NCBI GenBank assembly: GCA_938092135.1
Contig: CALLJL010000003.1
Location: 172,724 to 236,723, forward strand
Source: an uncultured bacterium
Lineage (GTDB): Bacteria; Acidobacteriota; Aminicenantia; Aminicenantales; CALLJL01
Reading direction: 5' to 3'
Length of the DNA stretch: 64,000 nucleotides
The notes beneath the pieces are model-generated. The model was not told where the DNA came from. It searched no databases and worked only from the letters and a program-made list of their open reading frames with translations. Of this stretch, positions 56,772 through 64,000 are shown one piece after another. Numbering within the stretch: the stretch's first letter is position 1; the number at the start of each line of letters is the position of its first letter. Both the position numbers and the translations under genes were made by a program.

Positions 56772-57229
56772 CCAAGCTAAAAAATAAATTTCCTCAACAG
56801 GTTAAAGACACCTTTATCTCTTTAGGCATGGAAGTGGCCATAATCGATAAAGATTATCTTTTCGAGGTAATGAGTTTCCTCAAGGAAAAGCCTCAGGACT
56901 ATGCTATGCTCCTTGATCTTACCTGCGTCGATTACATCGGTGAGGAACCTCGCTTCGAAATGGTTTATCATCTCTTTTCTCTAAGCGCCAACCGAAGGAT
57001 AAGAATTAAGGCCAGGGTGAGTGAAAAAGAGCCAAGGATTGCGTCATTAACGCCTCTGTGGAGAAATGCTAACTGGCTTGAAAGGGAAGTTTATGACCTT
57101 TTTGGTATTGAATTCATTGGCCATCCTGATCTAAGACGGATTTTTATGTATGATGGCTTCGAAGGTCATCCCTTAAGGAAGGATTATCCCTTAAGATTAA
57201 GGCAATCACGAATAAAATTAAGGAAATAA
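56744..57229 (+). CDS. nuoC: NADH-quinone oxidoreductase subunit C
   Basis: ANWLEREVYDLFGIEFIGHPDLRRI, GHPLRKDYP. Confidence 0.96.
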   Translation: MAMEETEILTKLKNKFPQQVKDTFISLGMEVAIIDKDYLFEVMSFLKEKPQDYAMLLDLTCVDYIGEEPRFEMVYHLFSLSANRRIRIKARVSEKEPRIASLTPLWRNANWLEREVYDLFGIEFIGHPDLRRIFMYDGFEGHPLRKDYPLRLRQSRIKLRK

Positions 57230-57230
57230 A

Positions 57231-58556
57231 ATGCCCACAAGAATAGAAAGAGAAGCAAGACCGGAGAGTATGCTCCTAAATATGGGGCCTTCTCATCCGG
57301 CCATGCATGGCACAATTCGAATCATGCTGGAGCTCGATGGGGAAAGAATCCTTAATTCTGAAGTTGAGGTTGGTTATCTTCATCGAGGCTTTGAAAAGAT
57401 GTGCGAAAACCGCACTTATTTTAACCTGCTTCCATATACTGACCGTCTTAATTACGTTTCCCCATTAATAAATAATCTTGGCTACGTTATGACTGTGGAA
57501 AAGATGCTTGGTGTGGAGGTGCCAAGGCGAGCTCAACTAATCCGTGTCTTGATGAGTGAACTTTCCCGAATATCAGACCATTTAACCTGCTTGGCCGCTA
57601 TGGCTATGGAGTGCGGTGCCTTCACGGTCTTCCTTTATATGATCAAAGCTAGGGAATTTATTTGGGATGTTATTGAATGGACTACTGGAGCCCGCATGAC
57701 TACTTCTTATATTCGAATAGGAGGGGTAAGAGCTGATCTTCATCCTGAATATAAACAGGCTCTTGAAAAAGCCATAAAAGAGACAAGAACGGTTCTTAAA
57801 GATGTTCATGGCTTACTCGATAAAAATAAAATTTTCCTCAATCGAACTCGAGACATAGCCGTAATTAAACCTGAAGATGCCATTAATTTTGGCTGGACTG
57901 GACCTTGCTTGCGCTCAACGGGCGTTTATTATGATGTCCGCAAAGCCCATCCCTATTTAGTTTATAATGAGGTCGAATTTGAGGTTCCTCTTGGGGAAAG
58001 AGGCGACAATTATGACCGTTATATGGTCCGTATGTTAGAAATGGAACAAAGCTTAAGGATTATTGAGCAGGTTATGGGTCAGCTAGCAGCCTCGCCTTCA
58101 AAAGTCATGGCTGATGGCCTTGAACCCTATCAGGCTATAAAGGAAGCGAGAAGGAAAAGACCAGACCGGCCAATCAAACTCTCGCCTAATCTCGAAGGGG
58201 CGGAAAAGCATCGCTACCCCGAAATTCTTTGCTCTGATCGTCGTTATGTTCCGCCACCAAAAGAGGATGTTTATACTACCATTGAGGGCCTGATCGCCCA
58301 TTTCAAATTTTTCATGAAGGAGCATGGCATCAGGCCACCCAAGGGCGAAGTTTATTTTGCCGTTGAGGGTGGCAACGGTGAACTCGGATACTACGTTGTT
58401 TCTGATGGAAGCGACAAGCCCTATCGCTTGCATCTTCGAGCACCCTGTTTTCACATCGTATCCGCCCTCGAGTTTTTGATCAAGGGCCATATGGTGGCCG
58501 ATGTTATTCCTACTTTTGGTTCTTTAAATATGATTGGTGGGGAGCTTGATCGGTGA
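57231..58556 (+). CDS. nuoD: NADH-quinone oxidoreductase subunit D
   Basis: NMGPSHPAMHG, GYLHRGFEK, DRLNY, GELDR. No NiFe-binding CxxC motifs. Confidence 0.96.
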   Translation: MPTRIEREARPESMLLNMGPSHPAMHGTIRIMLELDGERILNSEVEVGYLHRGFEKMCENRTYFNLLPYTDRLNYVSPLINNLGYVMTVEKMLGVEVPRRAQLIRVLMSELSRISDHLTCLAAMAMECGAFTVFLYMIKAREFIWDVIEWTTGARMTTSYIRIGGVRADLHPEYKQALEKAIKETRTVLKDVHGLLDKNKIFLNRTRDIAVIKPEDAINFGWTGPCLRSTGVYYDVRKAHPYLVYNEVEFEVPLGERGDNYDRYMVRMLEMEQSLRIIEQVMGQLAASPSKVMADGLEPYQAIKEARRKRPDRPIKLSPNLEGAEKHRYPEILCSDRRYVPPPKEDVYTTIEGLIAHFKFFMKEHGIRPPKGEVYFAVEGGNGELGYYVVSDGSDKPYRLHLRAPCFHIVSALEFLIKGHMVADVIPTFGSLNMIGGELDR

Positions 58557-59026
58557 GTGCTCAGCTTTTTGAAATCATTAAAAAAGAAATAGAAGCCATA
58601 ATACCTCGCTACCCTAAAAAGGAAGCTGCCCTTTTACCTGCTTTGCATGTAGTTCAAAGAAAGCTTGGATTTATTCCGCCTGAAGGGGAAAGGCTTGTGG
58701 CTCAACTTTTGGAGATAAAACCTGTCAGGGTAAGAGAAGTAGTTACCTTTTACACGATGTTTACAAGAAAGCCTTTAGGCAAATATCTTCTTCAGGTTTG
58801 TTCAAATCTCAGCTGTTCCTTAGCTGGAGGAGAGTTGATCCTCGAATATTTAAAAACAAAACTAGGAATAAAGGTAGGAGAGACAACCCCTGATGGTCGA
58901 TTTACTTTGTTGACGGTTGAATGTCTTGGAGCCTGCGATCAGGCACCTTGTCTTATGGTCAATGATGATCTTTATGGTCAACTCAATAAAGATAAAATTG
59001 ATGATCTCATAAATAAATTGGATTGA
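58553..59026 (+). CDS. nuoE: NADH-quinone oxidoreductase subunit E
   Basis: VVTFYTMF, VCSNLSC, ECLGACDQAP ([2Fe-2S] ligands). Confidence 0.95.
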   Translation: MSAQLFEIIKKEIEAIIPRYPKKEAALLPALHVVQRKLGFIPPEGERLVAQLLEIKPVRVREVVTFYTMFTRKPLGKYLLQVCSNLSCSLAGGELILEYLKTKLGIKVGETTPDGRFTLLTVECLGACDQAPCLMVNDDLYGQLNKDKIDDLINKLD

Positions 59027-59030
59027 AGCG

Positions 59031-60272
59031 GTGAATGAAAAAGTTTTAACCCGTTATTTCGATATTCCCCACCTCTATAATATAGACGTTTACCTTGAAA
59101 AAGGCGGATATGAAGCTGTGCGCAAAGCCTTGAAATTGAAACCTGAAGAAATAATAGAAGAAGTGAAAAAGGCCAATCTCCGTGGTCGGGGTGGAGCTGG
59201 CTTCCCCGCGGGTTTAAAATGGAGCTTTGTGCCCAAAGTGGACAAACCCAAATATCTTTGCGTTAATGCCGATGAAGGCGAGCCCGGGACCTTTAAAGAT
59301 CGCTTCATTATGTCTCATAATCCCCATTTATTGATCGAAGGCATAATTATTACTTGCTATGCTGTGGATATTCATTTGGCTTTTATTTACATTCGGGGTG
59401 AATATGAGAAAATCGCTAGAAGACTTGAGAGCGCCATTGAAGAAGCAAAAAGGAAAGGATTTCTTGGAAGTGATATTTTAGGCAGCGGTTTTAATCTAGA
59501 AGTTGTCGTTCATCGTGGTGCCGGTGCTTATATTTGTGGTGAAGAGACTGCCTTGCTCGAAAGTCTCGAGGGCAAAAGAGGCCATCCTCGTCTTAAGCCT
59601 CCTTTCCCAGCTTCAGTTGGTCTTTTCCAAATGCCAACTGTTATTAATAATGTGGAGACAATAGCCAATGTTCCCCTGATTATCCTAAATGGGGCTGATT
59701 GGTTTTTAAATCTGGGAAAACCAAAAGATGGAGGTACTAGGCTATTTAGCGTGTCTGGGATGGTGGAACGCCCAGGCGTATTTGAGTTGCCTGTGGGAAC
59801 GCCTCTAAGAAAAATCATTTATGAATATGCTGGAGGTATTAAAAATGGTCGGAAGTTGAAGGGAGTTATACCTGGAGGAATGTCAGCACCTATCCTTCTT
59901 CCCGAAGAGATTGATGTTCCCATGGATTGTGAATCGGTTTTCAATAAGGGTTCAATGCTCGGCTCAGCAGCCATTATCGTTATCGATGAGAGTGTGCCTA
60001 TTATCGAAGTTTTGCGAAAAGTCACTAAATTTTATTCCCATGAATCGTGTGGTCAGTGCACTCCCTGTCGCATTGGCACTTCTTGGATTAATAAAATTGT
60101 TGAACGAATTGCCTCTGGTAAAGGAGGAAAGGGGGATATCGAGGAAATAGAGAGACTGGCTTTGCAAATCAAGGGTCGAACCCTTTGTCCCCTTGGAGAT
60201 GCGGCGGCAATGCCCATTTTGGCGATAGTTAATAAATATAGACACGAACTTGAGGCTATGCTTCCTCAATAA
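59031..60272 (+). CDS. nuoF: NADH-quinone oxidoreductase subunit F
   Basis: GRGGAGFP, NADEGEPGTFKD, GAYICGEETAL, ESCGQCTPCR, CPLGD. Confidence 0.97.
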   Translation: MNEKVLTRYFDIPHLYNIDVYLEKGGYEAVRKALKLKPEEIIEEVKKANLRGRGGAGFPAGLKWSFVPKVDKPKYLCVNADEGEPGTFKDRFIMSHNPHLLIEGIIITCYAVDIHLAFIYIRGEYEKIARRLESAIEEAKRKGFLGSDILGSGFNLEVVVHRGAGAYICGEETALLESLEGKRGHPRLKPPFPASVGLFQMPTVINNVETIANVPLIILNGADWFLNLGKPKDGGTRLFSVSGMVERPGVFELPVGTPLRKIIYEYAGGIKNGRKLKGVIPGGMSAPILLPEEIDVPMDCESVFNKGSMLGSAAIIVIDESVPIIEVLRKVTKFYSHESCGQCTPCRIGTSWINKIVERIASGKGGKGDIEEIERLALQIKGRTLCPLGDAAAMPILAIVNKYRHELEAMLPQ

Positions 60273-60287
60273 ATCAAGAGGAGAGAA

Positions 60288-61844
60288 ATGCCGAAGATAA
60301 CCATTGATGGCCAGACGATTGAGGTAGCTGAAGGAACAACTATTCTCAAGGCCGCTGGCCAGGCAGGGATTGAAATTCCCCATCTTTGTTATCATCCCGC
60401 TTTTCCGCCTGAGGGAAGCTGTCGTCTTTGTCTAGTAGAGATCGAAGGTAGCCCAAAACTTGAATTATCCTGCTCGACTGTGGTTCGGGAAGGTATGGTG
60501 ATCAAAACCCAGAGTGAAAAAGTCATAGAGGCTCGTCGTTCTGTCCTCGAATTTTTACTAGCAGAGCACCCGATGGATTGCCCTATTTGTGATAAAGCTG
60601 GAGATTGTAAGCTTCAGGACTATTATGAAGCTTATGGTTTATTTGAAAGTAAATTTAAGGAAATTAAAGAAAAAAAGGATAAGCTCGTTCATATTGGTCG
60701 AAATCTCCTCTTAGATCGTGAAAGATGCATTCAATGTACCCGTTGTGTTCGTTTTCTTCTTGAAGTTACGAAGACTGGCGAGCTTGGAGTTTTTGAGAGG
60801 GGAATTCATTCTATTATTGGCTTTTATGAAAATGAGCCAGTAAATAACAATTATTCAGGTAACCTAGCTGAAATCTGCCCAGTCGGGGCGATTACTGATC
60901 TTGATTTTCGCTTTAAAACAAGAACCTGGTTTCTCACAAGTCGACCTTCAATCTGTCCGCTCTGTAGCCGGGGCTGCGCCATTAATATTGAATTTCATAA
61001 AGGTCTGGCCAGAATCGAATTAGGCAAAAGAGTTTTCCGAATCCGTAGCCGGGAAAATCAATCAGTTAATAAATACTGGATCTGCGATTATGGCCGTTAT
61101 TCCTATAGTTATCTTGATGAAGGTAGAATTGCCCAACCCTTTCAGGTAATAAATGAACGCCGAACCAATCTCAGTTGGGAAAGAATGCTCTTTATTCTCA
61201 GTGAGAAAATAAAATCGCTAAGAATTAGAAAAAGAACTTCACGGATAGTTATTGTTTTGAATTCGGCTTTAACCAATGAAGAACTTTTCTTAGTTAAACG
61301 ACTTTTTATCGAAGAGCTAGGAATTAACCGCATTTTCTTCAGCGATCCTCCCGATGAAAAAGGGGACGGTTTTCTCTTAACCGCCGAAAGAGTGCCCAAT
61401 CGACGGGGTGCTCTCAATCTCGGCTTTAATCTCAATGTTGGCGAAGAGGTTCTTAAACAGGATAAAATTGATTTATTACTCATTTTTGCGGCTCATTTAG
61501 CTGAAATTATGCCTTTAGGCTGGCTTTCCACCTTAGCCAACCAAATTGAAAGCAAGTTTCTTTTTACCTCAAGGGAGTCAGGACTTTCTCGCCACGTTGA
61601 TTTTGTTGGTCCAGTTACGCCAGTAGCCGAAAAAGCAGGTTCATTTACTAATGTTGATGGTCTAAATCAGAGCTTTGATCCGGCTTTAAATCCCTGGGGG
61701 CAAAGCTGGCCAGAATGGAAAATAATGATTAATTTAGCCAAGGAAATTCCAATTAATTTGCGTTATTTTGGCCGGCTTAATTCTCCAGAGACCATTCGTA
61801 AAGTAATGGCGGAAGAAAAATTAAACTTTAGTGTGAACCCATGA
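60288..61844 (+). CDS. nuoG: NADH-quinone oxidoreductase subunit G (short form)
   Basis: IPHLCYH, GSCRLC, HPMDCPICDKAGDC, CIQCTRC, ICPVGA, CPLCSRGC. Confidence 0.92.
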   Translation: MPKITIDGQTIEVAEGTTILKAAGQAGIEIPHLCYHPAFPPEGSCRLCLVEIEGSPKLELSCSTVVREGMVIKTQSEKVIEARRSVLEFLLAEHPMDCPICDKAGDCKLQDYYEAYGLFESKFKEIKEKKDKLVHIGRNLLLDRERCIQCTRCVRFLLEVTKTGELGVFERGIHSIIGFYENEPVNNNYSGNLAEICPVGAITDLDFRFKTRTWFLTSRPSICPLCSRGCAINIEFHKGLARIELGKRVFRIRSRENQSVNKYWICDYGRYSYSYLDEGRIAQPFQVINERRTNLSWERMLFILSEKIKSLRIRKRTSRIVIVLNSALTNEELFLVKRLFIEELGINRIFFSDPPDEKGDGFLLTAERVPNRRGALNLGFNLNVGEEVLKQDKIDLLLIFAAHLAEIMPLGWLSTLANQIESKFLFTSRESGLSRHVDFVGPVTPVAEKAGSFTNVDGLNQSFDPALNPWGQSWPEWKIMINLAKEIPINLRYFGRLNSPETIRKVMAEEKLNFSVNP

Positions 61845-62923
61845 TTGTTGATTGGTTAATCGTATTGATCAAAATAATTTTAGCCTTAATTTGGTTTCTA
61901 ACTTTAACTCTTTATCTTACTTGGGTTGAGCGAAAAGAAAGCGCTGTCATTCAGGACAGAATCGGAGCGAATCGAGCGGAAATTTTAGGTCTGAGGATCC
62001 TCGGTCTTTTCCAGCCCTTGGCTGATGCCATTAAGATGATTTTTAAGGAAGACTTTGTTCCTCCCTTTGCCAATCGCTTTCTTCATACCTTAGCTCCCTT
62101 TTTAAGCTTTTTCTTTGTGGCCGTTACCATTTCGGCTATGCCCTTTGGCGATAATATCCGAATCGCTGGACGCGAGATTAGTCTTCAAATATTTGATGCC
62201 AATGTTACCCTTCTCTTTGTTTTGGCGATGCTTTCTCTGGCTATATATGGCATTGTCCTTAGTGGTTGGGCTTCTCGCAATCGATATACACTCCTCGGCG
62301 GAATGAGGGGGGCAGCTCAGCTGATTTCCTATGAGGTTGCTCTTGGTTTATCGCTGATTGGGATTATTATGGTTTTCCCTTCTCTTCGTCTTCAGGATAT
62401 CGTTTATGAACAGGGAAAGCTTCTTTTTGGCTGGTTGCCTAAATGGGGTCTTTTCCTTCAACCTCTTGCCTTTCTAATTTTTCTTTTTGCCGCTCTAGCT
62501 GAAACCAAAAGAGTTCCCTTCGATTTACCTGAAGGTGAATCTGAAATTATTGGTTTTTTTACTGAGTATGGCGGTCTCAAATGGGGGATGTTTATGATGA
62601 CTGATTTCATGGAAATCATCATTGTTTCCTGTTTGCTGACCACCCTTTTCTTTGGCGGCTGGCAAGTTCCTTGGCTTGGAGCTGATGGCTTTCATTTTCC
62701 CTGGGGTTGGGATTGGCTATTACCCCGTTGGCTGGTTGTTCTTTTGCAAGTGGCGGCTTTTAATCTTAAAGTATTCTTTTTCTGCTGGTTCCAAGTGCTT
62801 GTGCGCTGGACATATCCTCGTTTCCGCTATGATCAGGTAATGGATTTCGGCTGGAAACTTTTAATTCCTTTGAGCCTATTTAATATCGTGGCCACAGGAA
62901 TAATTATGAGTGTGATCCGATGA
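61841..62923 (+). CDS. nuoH: NADH-quinone oxidoreductase subunit H
   Basis: ERKESAVIQDRIG, QPLADAIKMIFKE, AETKRVPFDLPEGESE, PRFRYDQVM. Confidence 0.97.
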   Translation: MIVDWLIVLIKIILALIWFLTLTLYLTWVERKESAVIQDRIGANRAEILGLRILGLFQPLADAIKMIFKEDFVPPFANRFLHTLAPFLSFFFVAVTISAMPFGDNIRIAGREISLQIFDANVTLLFVLAMLSLAIYGIVLSGWASRNRYTLLGGMRGAAQLISYEVALGLSLIGIIMVFPSLRLQDIVYEQGKLLFGWLPKWGLFLQPLAFLIFLFAALAETKRVPFDLPEGESEIIGFFTEYGGLKWGMFMMTDFMEIIIVSCLLTTLFFGGWQVPWLGADGFHFPWGWDWLLPRWLVVLLQVAAFNLKVFFFCWFQVLVRWTYPRFRYDQVMDFGWKLLIPLSLFNIVATGIIMSVIR

Positions 62924-63393
62924 TTAAACTGCTTGGCTACTTCTACGAAATTCTTAAGGGTAGCTGGATTACTTGCCGTCATTTTGTGGTTAATATGTGG
63001 TTTCATACCCTCTGGTTTCTAGGAATAAAAACCAAGCGCCGAGGAGCGGTAACTATTCAGTATCCTGAAGAGAAAAAAGAGATTGCTCATCGGCATCGTA
63101 GTCTTCATCGCCTGATGACCAGAGAAGATGGCCAGCCCCGCTGTGTCGCCTGCATGCTTTGCATGACCGTCTGCCCTTCAGAATGTATCTATATTGAAGC
63201 GGCTGAAGATCCTGACCCTGAGATTCAAAAGTATCCAAAAACATTTCTTATTGATTTGAGTCGATGCTGCTTCTGTGGTTTCTGTGTTGAGGCCTGTCCT
63301 GAAGATGCCCTTCGCATGGATACAGGGAAAATTGAATTGGCTACCTTAAACAGAGAAGACCTAATTTATGACCTCAACCGGCTTATCGGCTGA
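62920..63393 (+). CDS. nuoI: NADH-quinone oxidoreductase subunit I
   Basis: TIQYPEE, CVACMLCMTVCP, CCFCGFCVEACP. Confidence 0.96.
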   Translation: MIKLLGYFYEILKGSWITCRHFVVNMWFHTLWFLGIKTKRRGAVTIQYPEEKKEIAHRHRSLHRLMTREDGQPRCVACMLCMTVCPSECIYIEAAEDPDPEIQKYPKTFLIDLSRCCFCGFCVEACPEDALRMDTGKIELATLNREDLIYDLNRLIG

Positions 63394-63394
63394 T

Positions 63395-64000
63395 ATGGTT
63401 CAACGCCTTCTCTTGGGCGACTTTGAAATCTGGGCTCTTCGCGAAGGCTATTTCTGGCTTGATGGGGGAAGTATGTTTGGCGTTGTTCCCAAAGTAATCT
63501 GGGAGAAAAAAGCCAGAGCCGACAGTTTAAATCGGATTTGCTTGGCCACCAATTCCCTTTTAATTCGCTCCAGAAAGATAAATATTTTCGTTGAGACAGG
63601 TTTGGGTGAAAATTGGCCCCCCAAGTTCAAGCAAATTTATGCAATAACAATTGAGCCAGGCCTTAAAAGAGCTTTAGAGGAAATTGGTTTAAAGCCTGAA
63701 GATATTGATTTTGTGGTCAATACCCATCTTCATTTTGATCATTGTGGCCACAATATGGAGAAAAAAGGGGAAAAATTTGTTCCCACTTTTCCTCAGGCTA
63801 CTTATTTAATTCAAAAAGGTGAGTGGGAAGCAGCCTTAAATCCCAATGAAAGGGATCAATCAAGTTATCTCCAAGAAAATTTTTGGCCTCTTTTGGAGGC
63901 TGGCCAGGTTGAATTTTTGGAGGGTGATAAAGAAATTATTCCTGGAGTAAAAATAGTTTTAACTCCCGGTCATACAGCCTATCATCAAAGTGTGCTTGTC
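63395..64000 (+). CDS. MBL-fold metallo-hydrolase (YtnP-like), 3'-truncated by the window edge
   Basis: Not in the ORF track. Manual translation: MVQRLLLGDFEIWALREGYFWLDGGSMFGVVPKVIW...NTHLHFDHCG (HxHxDH)...TPGHTAYHQ. Confidence 0.92.
   Translation, partial: MVQRLLLGDFEIWALREGYFWLDGGSMFGVVPKVIWEKKARADSLNRICLATNSLLIRSRKINIFVETGLGENWPPKFKQIYAITIEPGLKRALEEIGLKPEDIDFVVNTHLHFDHCGHNMEKKGEKFVPTFPQATYLIQKGEWEAALNPNERDQSSYLQENFWPLLEAGQVEFLEGDKEIIPGVKIVLTPGHTAYHQSVLV

Noticed and set aside
57231-58556. Group 4 [NiFe]-hydrogenase large subunit
   Set aside because: No N- or C-terminal CxxC nickel ligands, and the context is nuoA-I.
1-64000. CRISPR arrays, tRNA/rRNA genes, riboswitches, prophage or defence genes
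   Set aside because: I saw no spaced direct repeats, cloverleaf-like sequences or diagnostic proteins by eye in any intergenic gap. A covariance-model scan was not possible.

Overview
Gene-dense, AT-rich chromosomal window from a diderm, probably anaerobic bacterium. Gene content and order resemble Acidobacteriota/Ca. Aminicenantes, but that is inference and untested. Most of it is housekeeping: a two-subunit B12-dependent acyl-CoA mutase, def-fmt, mreBCD-mrdA-rodA plus a TIGR03960/TIGR03936 radical SAM fusion, nusA-infB-DUF503-rbfA-nrnA-truB, hppA, miaB, a PASTA-rpe-epimerase-bamD-(beta-barrel-subtilase)-recN run, ltaE, lpdA, and nuoA-I followed directly by an MBL-fold hydrolase. I found no rRNA, tRNA, CRISPR array or intact mobile element. 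The most interesting spots are: (1) a radical SAM gene with a non-canonical CX5CX2C motif and two N-terminal beta-sandwich repeats, its SPASM/Twitch domain in a separate ORF, facing a Thr-type sulfatase-like lipoprotein (51.9-55.7 kb); (2) an orphan outer-membrane barrel plus subtilase pair between bamD and recN; (3) a TonB-receptor-like gene, a frameshifted barrel gene and an HdrF/FadF-like oxidoreductase in one apparent operon; (4) a secreted novel-domain/PKD/small-barrel protein; (5) a decayed IS481-like element and gene relics at 15.8-17.1 kb that the ORF track misses. Whether any of these is truly undescribed cannot be settled without database searches.
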